This document shows positions 18,444 to 27,926 of a stretch of 64,000 nucleotides of DNA, one piece after another. The first letter of the stretch is position 1; the number at the start of each line of letters is the position of its first letter. Below the pieces are notes generated by a model. It did not search any database. It saw only the letters and a list, made by a program, of their open reading frames with translations, and was not told the DNA's origin. This DNA is from Pseudomonadota bacterium (GTDB lineage: Bacteria > Pseudomonadota > Alphaproteobacteria > Sphingomonadales > Sphingomonadaceae), in assembly GCA_023400405.1 (NCBI GenBank), contig JAEXFD010000052.1, positions 13,832 to 77,831 on the forward strand. Direction: 5' to 3'. The position numbers and the translations under genes were made by a program.

Positions 18444-18585
18444 TTCCCTCTCCCATCGGGAGAGGGAAGGGGCCCGCTCGGCGAAGCCGAGTGGGAAGGG
18501 TGAGGGCGACCTTATCGCCCAGCCACCCTCACCCTCACCCTTCCGCGCCTCCGGCGCTCCCTCCCTCTCCCGTGGGGAGAGGGAG
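18444..18585. repeat. Multi-hairpin palindromic intergenic repeat (alphaproteobacterial CIR/RIME/REP-like element)
   Basis: Terminal hairpins ttccctctccc/gggagagggaa and ctccctctccc/gggagagggag; internal hairpins cccgctcggc/gccgagtggg and ggaagggtgaggg/ccctcacccttcc. Confidence 0.75.
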
Positions 18586-18590
18586 CAACG

Positions 18591-19361
18591 ATGATGGGCT
18601 TCGGCCTTTCGATCGAGCCGCAGCTCTGGGCGCTCCTGTTCGCGATGGTGCGGATCGGGGCGGCGTTCGTCGCGGCGCCGGTGTTCAGTTCGATGGCGAT
18701 TCCGCTGCCGGCGCGCATCGCGCTTTCCGGCGCGATCGGCGTGCTGGTCGTCAACGTCGCGCATATCGTGCCGCCGCCGCAGATTTTCTCGCTCACCACC
18801 TTCGTCTCCGTCGCCGCCGAGGCGCTGATCGGGCTGGCGATGGGCTTCGTGCTCCAGATCGCCTTTTCGGCACCGATGGTGGCGAGCGAGATGATCTCCA
18901 TGTCGATGGGCCTCGGCTTCGCCAATGCCGTCGATCCCAATAGCGGCCATGCCACGCCGGCGATCGGCACCTTCCTGTCGCTGATGCTGACCCTGCTCTT
19001 CCTCTCGGTCGATGGGCATCTCGTCCTGGTCGATCTGGTCGTGCGCAGCTATGGCGTCATGCCCCCGGGCAGCTGGATTCCGCCCGAGCGGCTGCTCGGC
19101 ATTGCCATGTTCAGCGGCTATGCCTTCATGGCCGGGCTGCTGCTCGCACTGCCGATCGGTTTCCTGCTGCTCTGCCTCAACATCATCGTCGGGCTGCTGA
19201 GCCGCGCCGCGCCGGCGCTCAACCTGTTCGCGGTCGGCCTGCCCGCCAGCCTGCTCTTCGGCGTCGTCGCGATGCTGCTCGCGCTGCCGGCGATGGGCGA
19301 TTACCTGCTCGTCATCGTCCACCAGGCGATCGCGGCCATGCAGACGCTGGTGCTCGGCTGA
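18591..19361 (+). CDS. fliR: Flagellar export protein FliR
   Basis: Hydrophobic; 'EALIG', 'MGLGFA', 'DGHL', 'SRAAPALNLFAVGLP'. Confidence 0.95.
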   Translation: MMGFGLSIEPQLWALLFAMVRIGAAFVAAPVFSSMAIPLPARIALSGAIGVLVVNVAHIVPPPQIFSLTTFVSVAAEALIGLAMGFVLQIAFSAPMVASEMISMSMGLGFANAVDPNSGHATPAIGTFLSLMLTLLFLSVDGHLVLVDLVVRSYGVMPPGSWIPPERLLGIAMFSGYAFMAGLLLALPIGFLLLCLNIIVGLLSRAAPALNLFAVGLPASLLFGVVAMLLALPAMGDYLLVIVHQAIAAMQTLVLG

Positions 19362-20494
19362 TGTCGGAGGCCGGCGAGAAGACCGAAGCCCCGACAGCCA
19401 AGCGCAAGCGCAAGGCCGCCGAAGAAGGCCAAATCCTCAGCTCGAAGGACTTCGGCACTGCGCTGATCGTGCTGCTCGGCTGCGCCTGGATGGCGCTGCT
19501 CGGCCCCTCGCTGGTGCGCGCCTGCCGCGAAGTGATGACCGCCAGCTTCTCGTTCGGGCGCGCCGATATCGAGGATTTCGAGCCGTGGCGGCCGATCGCC
19601 GAGGCCGGGTGGAAGCTCGCAATCCCGATGGGCGGGCTGCTGATGCTCTCGGTTGCGGGCGCGATCCTCAGCCATGTCGGCCTGAGCGGCATCCGCTGGA
19701 ATCCGGCCTTGTTCGCACCCAAGGCCTCGCGGGTGAACCCGGCTTCGGGGCTCAAGCGGATGTTCGGCCCGAATGGCTGGATCGAGCTCGGCAAGGGCCT
19801 GCTCAAGGCAGCGCTGCTCGGCGGGATCGGCGCGTGGATGCTGTGGTCGCTGACCAGCCAGTCGCTCGGCCTGCTCGCCGGGGATCTCGAAGGCGCGGTC
19901 GGTGCGCTCGGCGGACGCTTCCTCACCTTGCTGTTCGTCATGGCCGGCGGGCTGATCGCGATCGCCGGCATCGACCTGCCGATCCAGATCGTCCGCCACA
20001 TGGGCCGGCTGCGGATGAGCAAGCAGGAGGTGAAGGACGAGCACAAGGAATCCGAAGGCTCGCCCGAATCCAAGGCAGCACAGCGCCGACGCCAGCGCGA
20101 GATCATCAAGGGCGGCTTCCGCAAGGCGCTGACCGAAGCGCATGTCGTGCTGACCAACCCGACGCACTTCGCGGTGGCGCTGCGCTACGAGCAGGGGCGC
20201 GACCAGGTGCCGGTGGTCGTGGCCAAGGGGCGCGGCGCCACCGCGCTGGCGATCCGCGAGCTTGCCGGCGAGATGGAGGTGCCGGTGCTCGAATATCCGC
20301 AGCTCGCCCGCGCGGTCTATTATACCAGCCGAGAGAATCAGGAGATCCGCGACGATCTCTATCGCTCGATCGCCACGGTGCTGGCCTTCGTCTTCCAGCT
20401 CAGCCAGCGCGCCGGGGCGGCGCAGCCGGCGGTCACCGTGCCGGAAACCGCGCTGTTCGACGAAAACGGGCGCAAAATGGCGCGTCCGCGCTAA
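19361..20494 (+). CDS. flhB: Flagellar export switch protein FlhB
   Basis: 'EKTEAPT', 'MSKQEVKDEHKESEGSP', autocleavage motif NPTH. Confidence 0.97.
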   Translation: MSEAGEKTEAPTAKRKRKAAEEGQILSSKDFGTALIVLLGCAWMALLGPSLVRACREVMTASFSFGRADIEDFEPWRPIAEAGWKLAIPMGGLLMLSVAGAILSHVGLSGIRWNPALFAPKASRVNPASGLKRMFGPNGWIELGKGLLKAALLGGIGAWMLWSLTSQSLGLLAGDLEGAVGALGGRFLTLLFVMAGGLIAIAGIDLPIQIVRHMGRLRMSKQEVKDEHKESEGSPESKAAQRRRQREIIKGGFRKALTEAHVVLTNPTHFAVALRYEQGRDQVPVVVAKGRGATALAIRELAGEMEVPVLEYPQLARAVYYTSRENQEIRDDLYRSIATVLAFVFQLSQRAGAAQPAVTVPETALFDENGRKMARPR

Positions 20495-20518
20495 ACTTCG
20501 CGCGCATCCGGCCGCTTA
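20492..20518 (+). promoter_or_regulatory. sigma28 promoter of fliD-fliS
   Basis: TAAA-N15-GCCGCTTA; the -35 element overlaps the flhB TAA stop. Confidence 0.8.
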
Positions 20519-20534
20519 GAAGAGCGGGGGACTT

Positions 20535-21938
20535 ATGGCCATCGAATCGATCGCAAAGACGCTGGGCACCGGATCGGGGATCGACATCAAGTCGCTCGTC
20601 GACCAGCTCGTCGAAGTCAGCTTCCAGAACCAGAACCAGGCGCTGACCAGCAAGAGCGACACGCTGACCGCGCAGCTCTCGACCGTCAGCACGCTCAAGA
20701 GCAACATCAGCGACTTCGCCTCGGCGCTGGCGTCGCTCACGGCGTCGGGCTCGCTGGCCACCCGGCCGACCAGCTCGAACACCGGCATCCTCAATATCAG
20801 CCGTCTGCCGGGCGCCAATCTCGCCGGACTGAGCGCGACGATGGAAGTGCGCCAGCTCGCCCAGGGCCAGGTGACCAGCTCCAAGGCGTTCAGCGGCGGG
20901 GGGAGCACGACGCTCGGCACCGGCACCCTCACCTTCACCTTCGGCAATGCGGCGGTCGATGGCGGCGCGATGACCGGCTTCACGCCCGGCGCGGCGACCC
21001 CGGTGACGATCGATATCGACGCCAATCACGCCACGCTCCAGGGCGTGGCCGACGCGATCAATGCCAAGCAGGCCGGCGTCACCGCCTCGATCCTCTCCGA
21101 TTCGAGCGGCGCGCGGCTGGTGCTCAAGAGCGCGACGGGCGCCTCCCAGGCCTTCACGCTCGACGGCACCAATGGGCTGGCGGCGCTCAATGTCGGGACG
21201 AACGCGCCCGATTCGACGATCAATTCCGCGGCGCAGGACGCGCGGGTCGCGCTCGACGGAGTCGAGGCCAAATATCCGACCAACAGCATTTCCTCGATGA
21301 TCCCGGGCGCGCGGATCGAGCTCGTCGCGGCCGCGCCCGGCACCAAGGTGGCGATCGGGGCGACCGCGCCGACCAGCGACATCAGCCAGGCGGTGAGCAA
21401 TTTCGTCCAGACCTACAACCAGGTGCTCGCCGCCGTGCAGACGGCGGTCGATCCGATCAAGGGCGACCTGCGCGGCGATCCCGCCGCCAAGGACCTGCTG
21501 CGCCAGCTGCGCGGGCTCAACCTCACCCAGCTCGTCCCCGGCGCGAGCGACACGGTGCCGTCGCGCCTCGCCGATATCGGCGTGAAGACCAATCGCGACG
21601 GGACGCTGAGCCTAGATACCGCCCGGCTGTCGAGCGTGCTCACCAACTATCCCGACGACGTCGAGGCGATGTTCGCGGAAGGCGCCGGCCTCAGCAAGGC
21701 GCTGTCCGCAGTGGCGGCGAGCACGACCAGCGCGACGACCGGGCTCGGCGCCAGTGCAGACAATTACAGCAAGGCGCAGACCGACCTCGCCGACCAGAAG
21801 GATAAGATCGCCACGCAGACCGAGGCGATGCGCACCCGCCTGACCCAGCAATATTCCGCGATGGACGCCAAGGTTGCCGCGTACAAGGCGACGCAGAGCT
21901 TCCTCGAGCAGCAGGTCGCCGCCTGGAACAAGGGGTGA
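20535..21938 (+). CDS. fliD: Flagellar filament cap FliD
   Basis: 'LGTGSGID', 'VRQLAQ', 'AQDA', 'GTLSLD', C-terminal 'RLTQQYSAMD'. Confidence 0.94.
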   Translation: MAIESIAKTLGTGSGIDIKSLVDQLVEVSFQNQNQALTSKSDTLTAQLSTVSTLKSNISDFASALASLTASGSLATRPTSSNTGILNISRLPGANLAGLSATMEVRQLAQGQVTSSKAFSGGGSTTLGTGTLTFTFGNAAVDGGAMTGFTPGAATPVTIDIDANHATLQGVADAINAKQAGVTASILSDSSGARLVLKSATGASQAFTLDGTNGLAALNVGTNAPDSTINSAAQDARVALDGVEAKYPTNSISSMIPGARIELVAAAPGTKVAIGATAPTSDISQAVSNFVQTYNQVLAAVQTAVDPIKGDLRGDPAAKDLLRQLRGLNLTQLVPGASDTVPSRLADIGVKTNRDGTLSLDTARLSSVLTNYPDDVEAMFAEGAGLSKALSAVAASTTSATTGLGASADNYSKAQTDLADQKDKIATQTEAMRTRLTQQYSAMDAKVAAYKATQSFLEQQVAAWNKG

Positions 21939-22339
21939 TGGTCCGCTACGCCTCGGGGCTGGCCGCCAACCCCGCCGACACTTATCGCCAGATCGACATT
22001 GTCGGCCGCACCCAGGGCGCCGATTCGCATACGCTGGTCGGCCTGCTCTACGAGGAAGCTGTCGGCGCGCTGCGCAGCGCGGCCTGGGCGGCGGAGAATG
22101 GCCGGCTCGCGGTCAAGAGCGAGCGCGTGACCCGCGCGACCGCGATCCTGTTCGCGCTCGAGGCCGGGCTGGACTTCGACAAGGGCGGCGAGGTTTCTCG
22201 CACGCTGGCCGGCTTCTATCATAGCCTGCGTGGCGAGATCGTCCAGGCGAGCCTGGGCACCGATCCCGAACCGTTTCGCGCCGCGGCGGCGAGCCTGGAG
22301 GAAATCGCCGCGGCCTGGGCGAGCCTGCGCGCGGCCTGA
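21935..22339 (+). CDS. fliS: Flagellin chaperone FliS
   Basis: 'YRQ', 'LVGLLYE', 'LDFDKGGEV..L..FY', C-terminal 'AW'; start 21935 or 21938. Confidence 0.9.
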   Translation: MMVRYASGLAANPADTYRQIDIVGRTQGADSHTLVGLLYEEAVGALRSAAWAAENGRLAVKSERVTRATAILFALEAGLDFDKGGEVSRTLAGFYHSLRGEIVQASLGTDPEPFRAAAASLEEIAAAWASLRAA

Positions 22340-22342
22340 ACC

Positions 22343-23422
22343 TCACTCCCAACGCGCGAGAATCTCTTCCACCGATGCGCCCTCGGCCGCAGCAGGCTCC
22401 GCCGGCGTCGCCGAAAAGCGAGGGGCTGGGCTAGGCTGCATCGCGCCTGCCACCGCGGCGAAGGTGCCGCGCGCGCGGTTGTGCGGATGGAGCGGCGCTT
22501 CGGTGAGCGACAGCACCGGCGTGACGCAGGCTTCACCGTCGCCGAACAGCGCCGCCCATTCGTCGCGCGGGCGCGTGGCGAAGGCGGCGGCAGTCGCTTC
22601 GCCGAGCGCCGGCCAGCAGCTGCGATCGAGCTGGTCGAAGCGGCTGCCGTCGATACCAAGCCCGCGGCACAGCGCGGCGAACGCAGGCGGATCGAGCGCA
22701 CCGACCGCGACGTGGCGCCCATCGGCGCAGGCATAGCAGCGATAGAAGGGCGCCCCACCATCGACCAGGTTCGACGCGCGGGCATCGGCCCAGCGACCGG
22801 CATCGTGCAGGCCGTAATAGAGGGTCATCAGCGCCGCCGCGCCATCGACCTGCGCCGCTTCGATCACTTGGCCGCGCCCGGTCGCCTGGGCGGCCAGGAT
22901 CGCCGAAACCAGTCCCAGCGCGAGGAACAGCGCGCCGCCGGCATATTCGCCGACGAGGTTCAGCGGCGGCATCGGTGTGGCCGCGCTTCCGATCGCGTGG
23001 AGCGCCCCGGAAAGGGCAAGGTGGTTGATGTCGTTGCCCGGCTTGCCCGCGAGGGGGCCCTCGCGACCCCAGCCACTGGTTCGCGCATAGACCAGGCCCG
23101 GATTGGCGGCGAGGCAGCGCGCGGGATCGAGCCCGATCTGCTCGGCGACACCCGGTCGATAGCCTTCGATGACGCCGTCGGCGCGCGCGATCAAGGCCAG
23201 TGCGCGTTCGCGTCCGGCCGCGGTGCTGAGATCGAGCGAGACTTCCGAGCGGCCGCGATAGAGCAGCGGCACGATGCTGCTGCCGTCGAGCCCTTCCGGC
23301 CGGATGCGCACCACGTCGCACCCGAGATCCGCGAGCAACATTCCCGCGAACAGCACCGGGCCGGGCGTATCGAGCTCGACGATCCTCACGCCGGCCAGCG
23401 GTCCGTGCGTCGTGGCTACCAT
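22343..23422 (-). CDS. CaiB/BaiF class III CoA-transferase (alpha-methylacyl-CoA racemase-like)
   Basis: 'GPLAGVRIVEL', 'LADLGCDVVR', 'EGYRPGV', 'DGGAPFYRCY', 'PAPRFS'. Confidence 0.88.
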   Translation of the reverse strand: MVATTHGPLAGVRIVELDTPGPVLFAGMLLADLGCDVVRIRPEGLDGSSIVPLLYRGRSEVSLDLSTAAGRERALALIARADGVIEGYRPGVAEQIGLDPARCLAANPGLVYARTSGWGREGPLAGKPGNDINHLALSGALHAIGSAATPMPPLNLVGEYAGGALFLALGLVSAILAAQATGRGQVIEAAQVDGAAALMTLYYGLHDAGRWADARASNLVDGGAPFYRCYACADGRHVAVGALDPPAFAALCRGLGIDGSRFDQLDRSCWPALGEATAAAFATRPRDEWAALFGDGEACVTPVLSLTEAPLHPHNRARGTFAAVAGAMQPSPAPRFSATPAEPAAAEGASVEEILARWE

Positions 23423-23527
23423 CGGCTTCCCCTGCGCGTCATTTCACGGTCATAGCCGCATCGGCGCGCGCGGGTCCACGCAGTGCTGCGCTGGCGCTGC
23501 TCGCGGCTTTCGGGTAGCGCGGGCGCC

Positions 23528-24064
23528 ATGCCGGCTCCCCATATCGTCGCCCTGGGCGGAACCCTTCATGCCGAATCGACCACGGGCCGCCTGCTCGCCG
23601 CCGCGCTCGCCGCCGCCGAGGCGCGCGGCGCGCGCACCACGCTGATCACCGGAGAGGCGATCGCCTTTCCGCATTACGAACCCGGCGCAGAAGCGGGCAA
23701 TCCGGCAATCGCCCATTACCTCGAGGCGCTGCGCTCGGCTGATGGCGTCATCATCGGTTCTCCGGGCTATCACGGCACACTGTCGGGGCTGGTCAAGACC
23801 GCGCTCGACTATGTCGAGTCGCTGAGCCGCGACGCGCGACCCTATCTCGACGGATTGCCGGTCGGCCTTGTCGCCAATGCCGCAGGCTGGCAGGCTGCCG
23901 TCTCGACGCTCCAGGCCCTGCGCACCATCACCCACGCCCTGCGCGGCTGGCCGACGCCGCTGGGCGTGGCGATCAACAGTTCGGAACCGGGCGATCCGAT
24001 CGCGCGCTGCAATGGGCAGATCGAGCTGATGGTCGGCCAGATGTTCGGCTTTCTTGGCCGCTAA
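23528..24064 (+). CDS. NADPH-dependent FMN reductase
   Basis: 'ALGGTL...STT', 'SPGYHGTLSGLVKTALD'. Confidence 0.88.
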   Translation: MPAPHIVALGGTLHAESTTGRLLAAALAAAEARGARTTLITGEAIAFPHYEPGAEAGNPAIAHYLEALRSADGVIIGSPGYHGTLSGLVKTALDYVESLSRDARPYLDGLPVGLVANAAGWQAAVSTLQALRTITHALRGWPTPLGVAINSSEPGDPIARCNGQIELMVGQMFGFLGR

Positions 24065-24119
24065 CGCCGAAGCCCGCGCTTAACGGTTTCGAGAGGCTTG
24101 GTCGGCTAGGATCGCCGCC

Positions 24120-24710
24120 ATGGATCAGGCCGCAGCACCCACGGGCTCCGCAGTGCGCCGCCGGACGACGCGCACCATCCTCGCCGTCGATGACAGCCGC
24201 ACCAGCCTGCATGTGCTCGCGCATCGGCTGGGCCAGCTCGGCTATCTCGTCGTGCTTGCCGATTGCGGATCGCAGGCGCTCGAACTGATTTCGGCGCGCG
24301 GATTCGACCTGGTGCTGGTCGATCGGATCATGCCCCATGTCGGCGGCATCCAAGTGCTGCAGGAAGTGCGCGGCTCGCGCGACACCGCGGACCTGCCGGT
24401 GATCATGGTCACCAGCCAGGACGATCCCCAAGCGGCGGTCGAGGCGCTTCGCGCCGGCGCGGACGATTATGTCGCCAAGCCCTACGAATTCGAAGTGCTC
24501 GCTGCGCGGATCGAACGCACGCTGGCGCGGGCCGATCGGCTCGAGGAACTCAAGCGCTCGAACCTCGCGCTCGACGCGCGGATCGCGGCGCGGGCGATCG
24601 AACTCGGCGAAGTGCGCGGCGACCTTGCCGCGGTGCGCGCCGAGCGGGGGCGGCTTGCGGCAGCGGTCGAACAATTCAAGCGTGATCGCCGATTGGTCGC
24701 CAATCGCTGA
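24120..24710 (+). CDS. Response regulator: REC domain plus C-terminal coiled coil
   Basis: 'ILAVDD', 'DLVLVD', 'PVIMVT', 'GADDYVAKP'; no recognisable output domain. Confidence 0.85.
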   Translation: MDQAAAPTGSAVRRRTTRTILAVDDSRTSLHVLAHRLGQLGYLVVLADCGSQALELISARGFDLVLVDRIMPHVGGIQVLQEVRGSRDTADLPVIMVTSQDDPQAAVEALRAGADDYVAKPYEFEVLAARIERTLARADRLEELKRSNLALDARIAARAIELGEVRGDLAAVRAERGRLAAAVEQFKRDRRLVANR

Positions 24711-24737
24711 GTGTCGCGCCGCCGGCTTCGCGCCGGC

Positions 24738-25691
24738 TCAGCGATCGAACCAGTGGCGCTGCAGGAAATAGCCGGTGACCGCGACCGCGATCACGACGCA
24801 CAGCCAGAACACGCCCCAGAACGCCCAGGGCGCATGCGCGAAGGGAATGCCCTCGACATTCATGCCGAGCAGGCCTGTGATGAAGGTGAGCGGCAGGAAC
24901 ACCATCGCCACCACCGCGACGATCAGCGATCGCTGATCGATCTGCTCGGCGCGCAGGTCGGTGAGCGTCTCATGGGTGAGTGCCGAGCGTTCGCGGATGC
25001 TCTCCAGCTCTTCGGCCATGCGCGCGGCGCGGTCCGCTGCGGCGCTGAGGTGCAGCCGATCGTCGTCGCGCAGCCATTCGACCGGCAGGCCGGCAAGCTT
25101 TTCGAGCGCGGCACGCTGCGGGAACAGGAAGCGGCGCAGGCCGATCGCCTTGACCCGCGTGCGGTTGACCAACCTTCGCAGCTCGAAGGCGCGGTGCGTC
25201 GCGATCTGCTCCTCGCAATCGTCGAGCAGGTCGCCCAGTTCGGCGACCATCGGATCGAGCTGCTCGGTGATCGCCTGGGCGATCGCGGCGATCAGGTCGC
25301 CGGGATCGAGGATGCGGCCGGCCTCGACCTCCTCGCGCACCGTGGTCAGCGCATCGAGCGGCTTGCGCGTCACCGAGAAGACAGTGGAGCCATGCGCATA
25401 CATGCGGATCGAGGCGAGCGGATCGGAGGCGGCCATCGCCTCGGACGAGAGCCCGCGCAGGTTGATCAGCGCGCCCGGGCCCACGGCATCGCAGCGCGGC
25501 CGCGTCTCGCTGGCGGTCAGCGCGTCGATGATCTGCGGCTGGAGCTTGGCCTCGCCGCCGAGCCAGATCTGGGCGCGCTCGTCATTGGTGGTGAGGTGAA
25601 CCCAGCTGAGATCGGCGTCCTTGCCCAATGCCTCCTTGAGGATCGGTCGCTCGACCTTGCCGCCGCGCACGAGATAGGCGAAGCCGCTCAT
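24738..25691 (-). CDS. zntB: CorA/ZntB-family divalent cation transporter
   Basis: 'ETRPR', C-terminal 'FLPLTFITGLLGMNVEGIP' (GMN motif) with two TM helices. Confidence 0.82.
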   Translation of the reverse strand: MSGFAYLVRGGKVERPILKEALGKDADLSWVHLTTNDERAQIWLGGEAKLQPQIIDALTASETRPRCDAVGPGALINLRGLSSEAMAASDPLASIRMYAHGSTVFSVTRKPLDALTTVREEVEAGRILDPGDLIAAIAQAITEQLDPMVAELGDLLDDCEEQIATHRAFELRRLVNRTRVKAIGLRRFLFPQRAALEKLAGLPVEWLRDDDRLHLSAAADRAARMAEELESIRERSALTHETLTDLRAEQIDQRSLIVAVVAMVFLPLTFITGLLGMNVEGIPFAHAPWAFWGVFWLCVVIAVAVTGYFLQRHWFDR

Positions 25692-26419
25692 GCCTGCCGC
25701 TCCACGAAGACCGAGAGGCCGGCACCGGGATCGGCGGGCGGGGCAGGGCAGGCGAGGCGCGGCGCGTCGGCGCGCGCGCGGTCCAGGATCGCAGCGGGCA
25801 TGTCGGGAAGATGGTACACCCGCTCGGCCTGCGCCAGAGCCCGCGCCTGGCGCAGCGTCAGATCGTCGGGATCGTCCGAGGCCAAGGCGATCCGCACCAG
25901 CGCCGGTTCGCCCGACGCGGCAATCCTTTCGATCACCTCGCCGCCGAGTCCCCGCGCCAGCGCCGCGCCGATTGCGCGACGCCGCTCGCCGGCATCGGGG
26001 AAGCGAGCCCGCAAGGCCGCGCGCGCCTCGTGCAGCGCGCGGGCGGTGGTGCCGAGATCGGCGGGCAGCTCGGCTTCGAGCCTCTGGCGCAGCGCCGCAG
26101 CAAGCCCCGCCGAGACGCCGCCGGTGCCGATCGCGACGAGCACGGGATCGCGATCGACGATCGCGGGCAGCGTGAAGTCGCAAAGATCGGGGCGGTCGAC
26201 GGTGTTCACCAGCACCCCGCGAGAACGCAGCCGCGCCACGATCGTTTCGGGATCGTCGGCTGCGACGATCGCGAGCGAGGCCGCGGCGTCCTCGCCGACG
26301 ATCGCGGCGCCCGCACGTTGGAGCAGCCGGCGCTTGGCGTCCGCCGCCTCACCGCTGCCGATCAGCATCACCGGCCGCCCCGCCAGCTTCACGAAGATCG
26401 GCAGGGCGGCGAGAGTCAC
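25688..26419 (-). CDS. Precorrin-2 dehydrogenase/sirohydrochlorin ferrochelatase (CysG N-terminal-like) with a truncated methyltransferase remnant
   Basis: 'LPIF..L', 'IGSGEAA', 'VNTVDRPDLCDFTLPAIVDR', 'IGTGG'. Confidence 0.8.
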   Translation of the reverse strand: MTLAALPIFVKLAGRPVMLIGSGEAADAKRRLLQRAGAAIVGEDAAASLAIVAADDPETIVARLRSRGVLVNTVDRPDLCDFTLPAIVDRDPVLVAIGTGGVSAGLAAALRQRLEAELPADLGTTARALHEARAALRARFPDAGERRRAIGAALARGLGGEVIERIAASGEPALVRIALASDDPDDLTLRQARALAQAERVYHLPDMPAAILDRARADAPRLACPAPPADPGAGLSVFVERQA

Positions 26420-27675
26420 TTCAGCCAGTCCGGCACATGTTCCTCGGCCATGATCGTCTCGGCCGAGATGCGCCCCGCCACCACTTCGAACCGGTCGCCC
26501 GAGACCAGCACTTCGGGCACCAGAGGGCGGCTGTTATAGGTGCTCGCCATCGTTGCCCCGTAGGCGCCGCCGCTTTGCAGCACGGCGAGGTCGCCGCTCG
26601 AAAGCGCGTCGATCTCGCGGTTCTTGAGGAACACGTCGCTGCTTTCGCACACCGGCCCGGCGACATTGGCGACGAAGGTCTCGCCGGTCGGCCGCACCGC
26701 CGCGAAGCCGTGATAGGCGTCATAAAGCGCGACGCGGGCGAGATCGTTCATCGCGGCATCGACGACGACCCAGGGATGGGTCACGCCCGGCTTCACCCAC
26801 AGCACTTCGGTGAGCAGCACGCCGGCGTTGGCCGAAATGACGCGGCCCGGCTCGAACATCAGCTCGACGTCCCAGTCCTGGGTCACGCGCGCGACCATCT
26901 CGCCGAAGGCGGCGGCGGTCGGCGGCACGTCGCCGGGCTTGTAGGCGACGCCGAGCCCCCCGCCGAGATCGACATGGGTGATCGTGTGGCCCGCGGCGCG
27001 CAGCTGAGCGACCAGCCGGCCCACCCGCTCGAACGCCGCCTCCAGCGGATCGAGCCCGAGCAGCTGGCTGCCGATATGCACGGCGACGCCGCGCAGGTTC
27101 AGCCCCTCCAGGCCGGCGAGCCGATCGAAGATCGCCGGCGCCTGATCGATCGGCAGGCCGAACTTGTTCTCGGCCTTGCCGGTCGAGATCTTCTCGTGCG
27201 TGCCGGCATCGACGTCCGGATTGACGCGCAGCGCGGCAGGGGCGGTCAGGCCCTTGGCGGCGGCGATGCCGGCGAGGACGACGCCTTCTTCCTCGAGCTC
27301 GAGATTGAACTGGCCGATCCCGGCGTCGAGCGCCTGGGCCATCTCCTTGCGAGTCTTGCCGACGCCCGAGAACACCACGTCCGCAGCGGGGATGCCCGCC
27401 GCGAGCGCGCGCGCCAGCTCGCCGCCCGAGACCACATCGGCGCCGAAGCCTTCATTGGCGAGCAGGCGGAGCACCGCCAGGTTCGGATTGGCCTTCACCG
27501 CAAAGGCGACGTGATGGCGGCCGACCGGCGCCAGCCCGGCGCGGAAGGCGCGGGCGAAATCGCGGAACGCCTCGGTCGAATAGACGTAGACCGGGGTGCC
27601 GACCGCTTCGGCAATGCGGCTCAGCGGCACGCTTTCGGCATGCAGCTCGCCGCCGATGAGTTCGAAATGGTTCAC
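26416..27675 (-). CDS. lysA: Diaminopimelate decarboxylase
   Basis: 'FAVKAN', 'DVVSGGEL', 'FSGVGK', 'HIGSQ', 'EPGR', 'GPVCESSD', 'GAYG...STYNSR'; GTG start. Confidence 0.96.
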   Translation of the reverse strand: MNHFELIGGELHAESVPLSRIAEAVGTPVYVYSTEAFRDFARAFRAGLAPVGRHHVAFAVKANPNLAVLRLLANEGFGADVVSGGELARALAAGIPAADVVFSGVGKTRKEMAQALDAGIGQFNLELEEEGVVLAGIAAAKGLTAPAALRVNPDVDAGTHEKISTGKAENKFGLPIDQAPAIFDRLAGLEGLNLRGVAVHIGSQLLGLDPLEAAFERVGRLVAQLRAAGHTITHVDLGGGLGVAYKPGDVPPTAAAFGEMVARVTQDWDVELMFEPGRVISANAGVLLTEVLWVKPGVTHPWVVVDAAMNDLARVALYDAYHGFAAVRPTGETFVANVAGPVCESSDVFLKNREIDALSSGDLAVLQSGGAYGATMASTYNSRPLVPEVLVSGDRFEVVAGRISAETIMAEEHVPDWLK

Positions 27676-27692
27676 GGAAATTCCTGGAAATA

Positions 27693-27926
27693 TTAGCGGG
27701 GCGGGAGGTCGAACTGGTCGCTGCGCCGTTTGTCCGAACTCTCGATCAGGTCGTCGCTGCGCGCCGGCCGGGTCTGGACCGGTGGCTTCAGCAAGTCCGT
27801 CGGCGTCGGCGTCGCGGTCGCGCCATAGGGGGCGACCGGCACATTCTCGGGATGCGCGGGTTTGAGTTCCTCGCGCGCGCCACAGCCGGCCAAGGCGAGG
27901 GCCGCCACCCAGATCAGTCGCTTCAT
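27693..27926 (-). CDS. Small lipoprotein (LptM/LppL-like position upstream of lysA)
   Basis: Lipobox 'LAGC' followed by 'GAREELKP'; lies between argH and lysA. Confidence 0.75.
   Translation of the reverse strand: MKRLIWVAALALAGCGAREELKPAHPENVPVAPYGATATPTPTDLLKPPVQTRPARSDDLIESSDKRRSDQFDLPPR

Noticed and set aside
18444..18585. Possible CRISPR or tRNA-like structure
   Set aside because: No regularly spaced direct repeats with spacers, no cas genes, no tRNA consensus; better explained as a palindromic intergenic repeat
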